IMG/VR virus record: IMGVR_UViG_3300032225_002310
Span: 18,326-82,325 of that record
DNA from: a virus
Taxonomy: Duplodnaviria; Caudoviricetes
DNA length: 64,000 bases
Reading direction: 5' to 3' (one strand)
The notes below the pieces were generated by a model. It was not told the origin of the DNA. It was given only the letters and a program-made list of their open reading frames with translations, and did no database searches. The translations under genes were made by a program, and so were the position numbers. This document shows positions 47,041 through 56,245 of the stretch, piece by piece. Positions within the stretch are counted from its first letter, which is position 1. Every line of letters begins with the position of its first letter.

Positions 47041-50000
47041 TTATCTTTTGCGATAGAACGAAGAGCTTAATAAACCACCTGGTCTTTGCTGTTCTGTTAT
47101 AGTCATTAAAACTTGATCTTTTATTTGTTGAGCCATCAATTTAACTTTATTTGATTGATCTGTAGCAGTTTGGTTATTAGATGATTCTGAGGATGTAGCG
47201 CTTTGTCCTTCTATGTTAACAACGATGCTTATATTGTTATTATTTGAATTAGTTTTTTCATTATTCAAGGAATTATCTTTTTGAATTCCACCAGTATATC
47301 CACCTTCTGCAAATTTTCTTGCTCTTCCAGAGTTAAGATCATCAAAGAATTTTTTACCATACATATTAACAGCTTCTTTTCTCATTAAAAATTCACCGCC
47401 CATTAATAGAGCTGGAATATCATCTTTACCACTAGAGCCACCATTTGCAAAACCTTTAATATAACCACCATTTGCTCTTGGCGTTGGAATACTGTAACGA
47501 AGCGGAGAGCTATTCGCATAATTTTGTCTTGCAGCAGATCCACCTCCTAAGGCTGCTGATGCTCCATATTTTGATGCGCTACCACCAATACCCCCAAAAC
47601 CTCCCATTGATGAAAATTGACTTGCTCCTGCCCCAAGAACACCAAAACCAAAACTCATCCATGCACCTTTACTTTTGGCCCTTTGTTGTTGATTGTATTC
47701 ATCTCGAATTTTTTGATTTAATTCTATATTTTCTTTTAATGCTCTTTCATTGTCTAACCTAACTCCTTCAACATAATTTAAATAATCATATAAAGCTTGC
47801 TCTCTTTCTTGATTAATTCTATTTTGAGGATTATTAGGGTCAGTAACTGCCATATAACTTAATCTTGGATCTGCTACGTAATTTCCACCAGTTGGATAAA
47901 GAGGATCATTGTATCTATAAACATTTTCTCCAAAAAATTGGGCTTCTCCACCAGACGCAAATTTTTGAATTCTTCCTCCATAACGATAACCTTTTGGCTT
48001 ATTATGTGATCCTAGCATCGGAGAAAATCCCCCTTGACTTCCACCTCCAGCACCAATATCAGCTCCCGTTACTCCTTGCATTTGCGCTGCTCCAACTATA
48101 GCGCTCGCAGCAGATTGAAATATACTTGCAAATCCACCACCTTCTCTCTGTTGGACTTTTCCTTGATTTAACATTTGCAAATATTCTGGACCATATTTTT
48201 TAACAGCATTTTTTCTAATAACATACTCTCCACCACTTAACATAGCTGGAACATCATCTTTATTTCCAGATCCACCAAGAACATGTCCTCCAGTAGAATA
48301 ACCCTTAATCATTCCACCTTTTGATTTAAATAATGATCCGAAGAAATCTCCAACGCCGCCACTACTACTCGCTTTACCAAATAAATTACTAGTAGTACCA
48401 AAAAGCGCACCAAAAACTTGATTAGTACTCCATTCTAGAGCTAATTGCTGGATTTTATCACTAATATTAAGAGCCATTTTTGTGAAAGCATCACTAGCTG
48501 TAGCCGTTCCATTAGCAAAAGATAAAAAGGCGTTATTGAATTCACTTTTAATTGTATTCGCAGTATCTTTTGCTCCTAATTGAATTTGCCTAAATGAATC
48601 TGCAGTACTATTATCAAATTCATCAAAAAATGCTCCAGCAAAATCTGATAATTTTGTTTCATTAGCTAATATATTCGCTTCTCTATTAGATTGTCTTCCA
48701 CTTCTAAAATCTTCTGCAAAAATTGTTCCTTGCTTTCTTTGTTCTAAAAGTATTTTATCTTTTAGACCTTCAAGGGCTTTAGCGTATTGATCTTCTGTTA
48801 TTTGTCTATTTGTTAATTTTTCTCTTAGTTTATCTTCTTCTACTGTTAATTGCTCTATTACTCTATTTCTACTATCTGTATTAAGTATAGTAGTTGCAAC
48901 TGACATATTAAGATCATTTTGATTTTTACCTAACATTTCTAATGGATCATTTTTTAAGTCAAATATTTTCTTATAAAATTCTTGAGCATCTTTTGCATTT
49001 AATGTACCATCTTTAAATGCTAGGATATATTGATCAACAGTTGAAATTCCACTTTTTAATAAAGCTGTTATTTTTTCTTGATGCCTTAAAGTATCATCTA
49101 TATATCTTTTTATATCTTTAATTACTTTATCTGATGCTTCTTCAGTTATAGCTGTGTCTCCTACGATTTTAGATATTCTTTCAAATTCTTTTTTGGTTTC
49201 TTCCGTACTTTGATATAAAGGTTCTGATGCTTTTACGATTTCTATTAAATTTGTTTTTAATAAAATTGATTGTTTTTCAATTTCTTTTTGAGATTTTTTT
49301 TGAACCATGCTAGCTCCAATTCCACCACTTTCATCAAAATTAGCCATACCAGCACTAAATCCCATTGTATTTTGAGATGTATATTTAATTTGTCCTCTAG
49401 CTGTATATAAATCATTTAATCTATTTGATACATTTTTAAGCGTTTGTCTTCCTTCTGTATTTTTACTAAGCTGTTGAATTACATTTTTTCCAGATTCAGT
49501 TTGTAAAGAGGTTATTGCTCTTGAAATTCCAGTAGCAGTACTTTTATCTTTTACTATTGCATCTTTTGCAACTTGTTGAAATAATGCTTCTGCTCCTAAA
49601 TTTGATATTTCAGCAGATTTTTTGGAAAGAGCTTTATTTATTATAAATCCGACTTGATCATAATTTTGATTTTTTATAGATTCAAGTATTGCATTTGCAA
49701 ATTCTGGACCAATTTTATTTAAACTTCCAGAAATTTGATCTTGAATATTTGTTAAAGCTTCTGCTTTTTGAGTGTCTGGTAAACTAGAAGCTTGAACTTC
49801 TTTATATTTTTCAACTAATGGTATGATTTGATTTATAGATGTAGCAGTATTATTAAATTCATCTTGAAGGAATTGTATTTCATTTTTAAGTTTTTCAATA
49901 TCTAGGTTTTTAAGTGCATCAAAAAATTGAGATAAACCTAATGCAGTTCCCGCGATTCCTCCTGCAACTGCACCAGGAACTCCAAAAACTGATCCAGCAG

Positions 50001-53000
50001 CAGCAAGAGATACAGCTGTACTCAGAGCATCTATACCAATTTGTAATTTTTTATTTTCTTGATTAAATTGACTAAATGTTTGGAGAGCTATTGGTAAAAC
50101 TAAAGATAATGCAAAAGCTTTTTCGCTTATTTTCCCAAAACCTTTTGCGCTATTATCTATTGCAAGAGTAGCATTTTTTGCACTTGCTGCATATTTAGAT
50201 CCTCTACTTTCAAGAATTTGATTAAATCTATTTTGGCTGTCAGCAGCTAATCCATAATCAGCACTTAATTTTTGAAGATTTGTATTTGCTTGTTGTAATG
50301 TAATTTCTTGTTTTTTTAATTGCGCTAATATTCTTCCAAATTCTGCACCAATTTCTCTATTTGCAACTGCTGGATCAAGTGATCCTAAACCCCCAGGATT
50401 AAATGATAATCCTGCAAAATTAGGAATAAATCCAGCTGCTGCACCAGCCATTTTAGCTTTTGATCCATATCTTTGAATGCCTTGGCTAAGACCTTTAGGT
50501 TCATCTTTTGTATTATAAACTCCTAAACCAAGAGGATTCGCTGAAGATGTTAACCTTGCGTCTTTACCAATTCTTATTTTAGAAGTAGATGTTCCAGCTG
50601 CGACTTCTCTTCCAATTGCGTTATCTAATGCTGTAAAATTAGGAATAAATCCACTAAAAGCTTTTTTATCTTTAACTGTAGAAAATTTTCCTGCTCCAAG
50701 TAAAGCTCCTTCTTCTCTATAAATTTTATTTGCAAAACTTTGTAAATTACCTTCAGATAATCCACTTTTAAAATCTGCAAGAGGTGTTGTAAAACCAAAA
50801 AGTTTTTGTAAATGTATTAAATTTCTTCCTCCTCTAACGTCAAAATCTCCAAAATCTTTTGGTGCTTCTTCAGCAGTATATCCTAATGCCGTTTTTATTC
50901 CAACTTCAAAAGCAGAACCAACTGCACCACGAACTGCTCCGTATGCTCCTTTTTCTCCAGAACGTTGAAATCGTAATCCTAAATCTGCTTTACTTACAGT
51001 TTTTCCTAAAGGTTTTAATGTATCAATAAAATTAAATACATCATCTATGATACTATTAGTTATATTTGTGCCTAATCTTGCCTTATCATCAGAAATATCT
51101 CCATTTACTTGTTGACTATTAATTCCATAGACTGGAACATTTTTAATTGCAAATATATTAGATTTACCTTTTGGTGAATATGGTCCAGGTAATATTTTTG
51201 GTTTTCCAGAAAATGGTAATAATACACTAGCAATTTTACTAGCATCTACTGGTTTAATTCCTGCTGCTTGCGCTGCTCTTTGACCTTTGGGAGATCTGCT
51301 TAAAATATCATTTTTTTCAGATTCAGATACAGTTAAAGCATTTCCTTCTGAATCTACTCCATATTTAAATTTTTGAGTTCCTGGAATTCTTTTTAATCCT
51401 CCAGGTCGTTGGGCAGCTAATCTAACTGCATCTGCTCTTCCTTGTGCAAAATTTGGGATAAAACCATAAGCAGAGTTTATAGAATTATTGATTTGACCAT
51501 TTAAAAATCCGTTAATATCTTTTTCAAAAATTCTACGAGGTCCATTTACCTGCTTAATTGGCCATATTATTTGATCTTTATTTAACGGATTCAAATATAC
51601 AGATGCCCCACTAGTTTCCATGTCTGGTAGCAGTTCTGAATTTTTTAATTTATCTCTATTATATCTAACTAACCAAGAACTATTCTCAACAGATGCCCAA
51701 TTTTTTGCTCTTTTAATATTTTGTTTATATGCTTGCTTATCGCTCATTTTTGGCGATCCTGACATACCTCCTCTAGAGTTAGCATCCCACATATATGTTC
51801 CAGCTCCTGAAGAAGAGTAAGCTCTGACTGATTGAGCATCAGATATATTTTGAAAAGCAAAACCTTTTCCAAACTTAGATAACATCATTTTAAGTTCTTT
51901 ATCGTCTATTGCTCTTACGAGTGGGGCTGCAAAATTAGGAATAAAACCTTTACTCATATAAGGATTAAATCCATGAGCGCTAGAAAATTGTTTTTGATAA
52001 TTTTTTCCAGCTTTACTGCCTTGAGGTGGCATAATAGCTGGTTGAGTCATTCCTGGAAAATTTTTGACTGTTTCTGCGCTGTTATAAGTAACATTTCCTT
52101 GGCCTGGAATATTCATTTTTCGAATATTTCCTGGCATATATCCTCCAGCTAATGCACCATAAATTTCAGCAGCACTAAAATTAGGAATAAATCCAGCACT
52201 TTTTGCTTTTAATGATCCACCTTTAGCTGTTACTCCACGGGTAGCTAAATTACCAGCAATGGCAGTTGATATAGTTGAAGCTCTTTCTCTTTCTAATGTT
52301 TGAAGTTTTATAACATCTAAAATTCTATTTTCTAATTCTAAAACACTAATTTGTTTACTATATATTGCAGCGACTAATCCTGGTTCTTGAGCAAGAACTT
52401 CATTTATCTTTGCTTGAATTTGAACTCTTTGCTCTGCTTGAGTATTCACACTTAAAAGTGTTTGTAAAGATTGACTAGCAAACTTTCCTAAATTTAATAA
52501 TAATTTACCAAATACGGCTGTTAGTAAAATGACTCCTGGACCACTGATAAATGTTCCAATTCCTTCTAATATTCCTTTACCAATTTTACCACCAACACTC
52601 TCACTATCAGTAGATAAAGATTCTAATCCTTTATTCAATAATTCTAAAGTACCTTTAAATGTTGGTCCTAAACTTATTTTTCCAATATCTGAAGAAATAC
52701 GAGTTAAATTTTGAAATGTTTGATTAATTAAAGCTGAAAGGGTTTGATTTAATGCTTCATTTCTTTGAATAGCCTGATCAGTACTATTACTTGCAGCTTG
52801 CAAAGCTCTGTCATAAACAGAATATTCTTTTCCTAAATCTGCTAATGCTGCTTTTAAAATATTAATTTGAAATACGCCACCAACAGTTTCTGCGACTTGA
52901 GCTTTTTGTGAATCTGCTAAAGTATTAAATGTATTTGAAAGATTAGATAATACTTGAATTGCTGGTAATGTATTTCCTTCTAAATCTCTTACTTTAATTC

Positions 53001-53808
53001 CTATTTGCTCTAATTGATCCAGAGTATCTGTTCTTTGTATTCTTGTAAAAATAGTCTTTAAAGAATTACCAATTACTGCTCCACCTCTAGCTGTAGTTTG
53101 CTGGACACTAGTAACAATTGCTAATAATTCATCAAAATCAACTCCTGCATCAGCAGCAGATGATCCTACTCTTTTAATAGCTTCTGCAAGATCACCACTA
53201 CTAACTGCGAAGGCCGCATCAACATTTGCTAATTTATTAATAATAACTGTTGAATCTAATCCAGCTTTATTAAAACTATTAATCGTAGCAGTTAAAGCTT
53301 CTACTGCACTTACAGTATCAAGTCCACTAAGACGAGTTAATATTAGTGCATCTTGAGTTCTTTTTAAAGTCTCCTCTAATCCTAAACCTTGACGAGAAAG
53401 CTCTGTGGCAGCTTGAGCAACAACATCAAAAGTTTGACCTGTATTTTTAGCAATATCAAATAAACTATTTCCAAATTGATCTAATGTTTTAGTGCTAACA
53501 TTTAATATAACATTAATATCAGTTAATGATTTTTGAACATCTATAGTACTTTTAACTAATGAAGTAAATGCTTTTTCTACAGTATATATTAAACCTGCAC
53601 TAGCACCGAATGCAATAACGCGAGCATTTGATGCATCTAATGATTTTTGAAATTCATTTGCAGCACCAGTAATTCGCCCCAAAGGTTGAGTAAAGGCTTT
53701 TTCATTAAATCCTTTGAATTTAAAATCACGAGATAGCGCGCTCTGAATATCTCTTTCGAGCTGCCTTGTATCTGCACCTACCGAAATTGTAGCTGAAGTC
53801 CTAGCCAT
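47041..53808 (-). CDS. Tape measure protein (TP901-like core) with internal cassettes
   Basis: 2255 aa; N-terminal AATELSRQG..ALILTRLSGL..KLANVDAAFAVS..IGNSLKTIFTRI core; C-terminal KDDVPAMLSGGEYV motifs; lies downstream of the tail tube gene. Confidence 0.9.
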   Translation of the reverse strand: MARTSATISVGADTRQLERDIQSALSRDFKFKGFNEKAFTQPLGRITGAANEFQKSLDASNARVIAFGASAGLIYTVEKAFTSLVKSTIDVQKSLTDINVILNVSTKTLDQFGNSLFDIAKNTGQTFDVVAQAATELSRQGLGLEETLKRTQDALILTRLSGLDTVSAVEALTATINSFNKAGLDSTVIINKLANVDAAFAVSSGDLAEAIKRVGSSAADAGVDFDELLAIVTSVQQTTARGGAVIGNSLKTIFTRIQRTDTLDQLEQIGIKVRDLEGNTLPAIQVLSNLSNTFNTLADSQKAQVAETVGGVFQINILKAALADLGKEYSVYDRALQAASNSTDQAIQRNEALNQTLSALINQTFQNLTRISSDIGKISLGPTFKGTLELLNKGLESLSTDSESVGGKIGKGILEGIGTFISGPGVILLTAVFGKLLLNLGKFASQSLQTLLSVNTQAEQRVQIQAKINEVLAQEPGLVAAIYSKQISVLELENRILDVIKLQTLERERASTISTAIAGNLATRGVTAKGGSLKAKSAGFIPNFSAAEIYGALAGGYMPGNIRKMNIPGQGNVTYNSAETVKNFPGMTQPAIMPPQGSKAGKNYQKQFSSAHGFNPYMSKGFIPNFAAPLVRAIDDKELKMMLSKFGKGFAFQNISDAQSVRAYSSSGAGTYMWDANSRGGMSGSPKMSDKQAYKQNIKRAKNWASVENSSWLVRYNRDKLKNSELLPDMETSGASVYLNPLNKDQIIWPIKQVNGPRRIFEKDINGFLNGQINNSINSAYGFIPNFAQGRADAVRLAAQRPGGLKRIPGTQKFKYGVDSEGNALTVSESEKNDILSRSPKGQRAAQAAGIKPVDASKIASVLLPFSGKPKILPGPYSPKGKSNIFAIKNVPVYGINSQQVNGDISDDKARLGTNITNSIIDDVFNFIDTLKPLGKTVSKADLGLRFQRSGEKGAYGAVRGAVGSAFEVGIKTALGYTAEEAPKDFGDFDVRGGRNLIHLQKLFGFTTPLADFKSGLSEGNLQSFANKIYREEGALLGAGKFSTVKDKKAFSGFIPNFTALDNAIGREVAAGTSTSKIRIGKDARLTSSANPLGLGVYNTKDEPKGLSQGIQRYGSKAKMAGAAAGFIPNFAGLSFNPGGLGSLDPAVANREIGAEFGRILAQLKKQEITLQQANTNLQKLSADYGLAADSQNRFNQILESRGSKYAASAKNATLAIDNSAKGFGKISEKAFALSLVLPIALQTFSQFNQENKKLQIGIDALSTAVSLAAAGSVFGVPGAVAGGIAGTALGLSQFFDALKNLDIEKLKNEIQFLQDEFNNTATSINQIIPLVEKYKEVQASSLPDTQKAEALTNIQDQISGSLNKIGPEFANAILESIKNQNYDQVGFIINKALSKKSAEISNLGAEALFQQVAKDAIVKDKSTATGISRAITSLQTESGKNVIQQLSKNTEGRQTLKNVSNRLNDLYTARGQIKYTSQNTMGFSAGMANFDESGGIGASMVQKKSQKEIEKQSILLKTNLIEIVKASEPLYQSTEETKKEFERISKIVGDTAITEEASDKVIKDIKRYIDDTLRHQEKITALLKSGISTVDQYILAFKDGTLNAKDAQEFYKKIFDLKNDPLEMLGKNQNDLNMSVATTILNTDSRNRVIEQLTVEEDKLREKLTNRQITEDQYAKALEGLKDKILLEQRKQGTIFAEDFRSGRQSNREANILANETKLSDFAGAFFDEFDNSTADSFRQIQLGAKDTANTIKSEFNNAFLSFANGTATASDAFTKMALNISDKIQQLALEWSTNQVFGALFGTTSNLFGKASSSGGVGDFFGSLFKSKGGMIKGYSTGGHVLGGSGNKDDVPAMLSGGEYVIRKNAVKKYGPEYLQMLNQGKVQQREGGGFASIFQSAASAIVGAAQMQGVTGADIGAGGGSQGGFSPMLGSHNKPKGYRYGGRIQKFASGGEAQFFGENVYRYNDPLYPTGGNYVADPRLSYMAVTDPNNPQNRINQEREQALYDYLNYVEGVRLDNERALKENIELNQKIRDEYNQQQRAKSKGAWMSFGFGVLGAGASQFSSMGGFGGIGGSASKYGASAALGGGSAARQNYANSSPLRYSIPTPRANGGYIKGFANGGSSGKDDIPALLMGGEFLMRKEAVNMYGKKFFDDLNSGRARKFAEGGYTGGIQKDNSLNNEKTNSNNNNISIVVNIEGQSATSSESSNNQTATDQSNKVKLMAQQIKDQVLMTITEQQRPGGLLSSSFYRKR
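50416..52194 (-). repeat. Five GFIPNF-coding 18-bp repeats inside the tape measure gene
   Basis: Copies at 52177-52194, 51931-51948, 51448-51465, 50635-50652, 50416-50433; three are identical (aaaattaggaataaatcc on +). Confidence 0.95.
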
Positions 53809-53831
53809 TCCTTATTCCTTTACTATAAAGA

Positions 53832-53838
53832 ATTACAC
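53832..53838 (-). promoter_or_regulatory. GTGTAAW motif
   Basis: GTGTAAT, 23 nt before the tape measure ATG; leader has AAGGA. Confidence 0.65.
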
Positions 53839-53869
53839 GAAATATTATTAATTATGATAGTATTAACTA

Positions 53870-54880
53870 CTAAACTCCATGCATTTTCATTAAGTCTTCC
53901 ATACTTAAAACTCCACCTTTTTTCTGTGCTTCTTTATGTAAACTTATGCCATTTTCATCTTTGCCTATTTTGGCTAGATCTTCTTTTTTAGCTCCTACTA
54001 TAGAAGTAGCAATTGCGCCCTCTGTTTTGCTCAAACTATTTTCACTTTTAGTTAAGACTTCTTCAACATTTTTACTGCTTTCTAGCCACTCTATAAGTTT
54101 TTCTGGATCTTCATAGTATTCATTTGCTGGTTTATGCTTGGCCTCAGATAATGCATTTTTAAAGTATCTAGCGTATCCAAATACTTCCATTTGATAAAAT
54201 GTCAAATATATAATTGGTTTTCCATATAAATTATAAGCATTTTCATCACAAAGATTAAATAAACTTAGATAATATGATGAAAGAGATATTTTTTTAAGAT
54301 TAGTTTCTACAAAATTTTTATTTATATCATTATAGATAGTCAATATTTCTGATATATCTTTATTTTCTAATTCATCAAATTCTTGTTCAGAAAAATATCT
54401 ATCTTTTAAATTTTTATCTTTAAATAATGAATTAAACATATAGTATTCATTAATTTTCTTATTAGCATAATCTTCTACAGTGAATCCTAAAAGGTCTTTT
54501 CTTTCTACTGTCAAATTAATTAATTCTAATTTTTTTTTATCAATTTGTTTGTTAAAATCATTTATATCATCACTTTTAAATAATTTAGATTTAGTTTGTT
54601 TTAGGGTTGAAATATCAGATTTTAATTTTTTAATTTTTTCGTTATTCTCTTTAGACCAAATATTTTCTGAAATCAAATATTCTTCTTTTTGGTCTTCTGT
54701 GGGAAGACCATTCTTTTTAGCTTTTTCTATAAACTCTTGTTTTAAGTGATCTATTTCACCAGAATCAAAACTTGTATTATGTTTAAAGTATAATTTGTTG
54801 TCTTTATAATAAGATAAGGAATAGCCTTTTAATATATCAATAAACAAAAGCCTTAATTTGTTTTTGTCTAAAGTTTGCAA
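53870..54880 (-). CDS. Hypothetical protein, tail-assembly-chaperone position
   Basis: 336-aa helical ORF directly upstream of the tape measure gene; TTG start with AAGGA. Confidence 0.7.
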   Translation of the reverse strand: MQTLDKNKLRLLFIDILKGYSLSYYKDNKLYFKHNTSFDSGEIDHLKQEFIEKAKKNGLPTEDQKEEYLISENIWSKENNEKIKKLKSDISTLKQTKSKLFKSDDINDFNKQIDKKKLELINLTVERKDLLGFTVEDYANKKINEYYMFNSLFKDKNLKDRYFSEQEFDELENKDISEILTIYNDINKNFVETNLKKISLSSYYLSLFNLCDENAYNLYGKPIIYLTFYQMEVFGYARYFKNALSEAKHKPANEYYEDPEKLIEWLESSKNVEEVLTKSENSLSKTEGAIATSIVGAKKEDLAKIGKDENGISLHKEAQKKGGVLSMEDLMKMHGV

Positions 54881-54892
54881 TCATTATCCTTT

Positions 54893-55648
54893 TTATTCTT
54901 TTGTTTCGCTACTTTGTAAGTTATTAAGAAGTTTTTCAAATTCTTCTTGAGAAGCAGCTCTTCCAATATACCAAAAGCTGATTAAATAAAGGAGTTTTTG
55001 TATAGCAATCTTTTCTACTCCCGCTTCAGATTCTTCAATTTCATCATATCTTTTGAGTTTATCTTCATAAGTTCCATCTTGGAATAGCTCTTTGAATTTT
55101 TTATCATCACCTTGGATAAGGCTAAGTTGTAGAACCCACCACATAATAGTTTTATTTCTTGCTCTATTTTCTGCGGTTTGTTCAAAAAGGTTAGCTTGTG
55201 CCATTTCATATCTTTGAAGTTTTTCTCTTGAAAGATTCATTTTTTCAATAACATTTTGAATTTGTTTCTTTTCTTCGTCAGTTCTTAGTGCTTCTTCTTT
55301 TATGGATAATCTTTGAAATTCAGTTTGCAAATTAAAGAATTCCAAATATAGATCATTGTATTCTTTTTGCTCTTCATCACTTAAAACTCCACCATCATTA
55401 TTAAATCTTTTAGCTAATAAAGCGCGAGTTAATAGTCCAGCTTTAATTCCCTCTGAAAGTCTAACTCCATAGAACAATTCGGCTTCATCAAATAAACTTC
55501 TTGTTGGTTTTTTAATACCTAATTTAACTGGTACTGTAGTTTTAACTTTAGAAGTAACTTTTACTTCTTCGCCTTTTTCATTAGTAGAAACATCTACTTT
55601 TTCTATTTCTTTTTCTTGATAGATATCAAATTCAAACATTGTTTTCAT
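54893..55648 (-). CDS. Hypothetical protein, tail-assembly-chaperone position
   Basis: 251-aa ORF with a coiled-coil segment. Confidence 0.7.
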   Translation of the reverse strand: MKTMFEFDIYQEKEIEKVDVSTNEKGEEVKVTSKVKTTVPVKLGIKKPTRSLFDEAELFYGVRLSEGIKAGLLTRALLAKRFNNDGGVLSDEEQKEYNDLYLEFFNLQTEFQRLSIKEEALRTDEEKKQIQNVIEKMNLSREKLQRYEMAQANLFEQTAENRARNKTIMWWVLQLSLIQGDDKKFKELFQDGTYEDKLKRYDEIEESEAGVEKIAIQKLLYLISFWYIGRAASQEEFEKLLNNLQSSETKE

Positions 55649-55920
55649 ATTTTTTCTCCATTGTTATTAATCAAATCTTGTAAATAGCTTTTAATTTTGC
55701 CATAATAAACTACTCCACCGATTGTTTTAATAAATTGATGTTTTTTGTTATCATCCCAGTTTTGATAATTTTTAATAAAACTAGGATTCTTAAAGGTCGT
55801 TAAACTTGGTTTTAAAATTCCAAAATTATCTTTTAAGTTTTTTTGTATACTTTGTACAGAAAGATTTCCTTCGATTATCTCATCTATAGGAAAATTATAA
55901 TTTAATTTCTTGGTTTTCAT
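55645..55920 (-). CDS. Hypothetical protein
   Basis: 91 aa, ATGA-coupled to both neighbours. Confidence 0.65.
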   Translation of the reverse strand: MKTKKLNYNFPIDEIIEGNLSVQSIQKNLKDNFGILKPSLTTFKNPSFIKNYQNWDDNKKHQFIKTIGGVVYYGKIKSYLQDLINNNGEKI

Positions 55921-56141
55921 TTGAGTGTTATATTGATTTTACTGAAATTTTCTTCTATTTCTCTTACTGCATCATTGGCATTATCAAGGATTCTTTTGCG
56001 TATTTTTTGATAAGTTTCATCATTTATATTATAGCCAGAATCACCCAAATCTTCAAGAATAAAAAAGAAGTTTTTATATATACTTGTAATCTTCCTTTTT
56101 ATCTGAAAAAGAGTCATATCTTTTATAGGATCGTTTTCCAT
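55917..56141 (-). CDS. Hypothetical protein
   Basis: 74 aa; first gene after a GTGTAAT motif. Confidence 0.65.
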   Translation of the reverse strand: MENDPIKDMTLFQIKRKITSIYKNFFFILEDLGDSGYNINDETYQKIRKRILDNANDAVREIEENFSKINITLK

Positions 56142-56178
56142 AATCTTTTACCTTTATCTAACCCTTTACCTAACTTCA

Positions 56179-56185
56179 ATTACAC
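56179..56185 (-). promoter_or_regulatory. GTGTAAW motif
   Basis: GTGTAAT directly after the tail-tube terminator, 37 nt before ATG 56141. Confidence 0.6.
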
Positions 56186-56221
56186 AAAAAATAACCCCCA
56201 CGAGAACGTGAGGGTTATTTT
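56186..56221 (-). terminator. Intrinsic terminator after the tail tube gene (potentially bidirectional)
   Basis: Stem AATAACCC..CACG / CGTG..GGGTTATT with a 4-nt loop and A/T tracts on both sides. Confidence 0.8.
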
Positions 56222-56245
56222 ATAATTTAATTTATGTATTATTTA

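Noticed and set aside
53870-55648. Programmed -1 frameshift joining tail chaperones (lambda G/GT type)
   Set aside because: The downstream frame is closed by a TGA immediately before TTG 54880, it has its own SD, and no X XXY YYZ slippery site was seen near the upstream stop.
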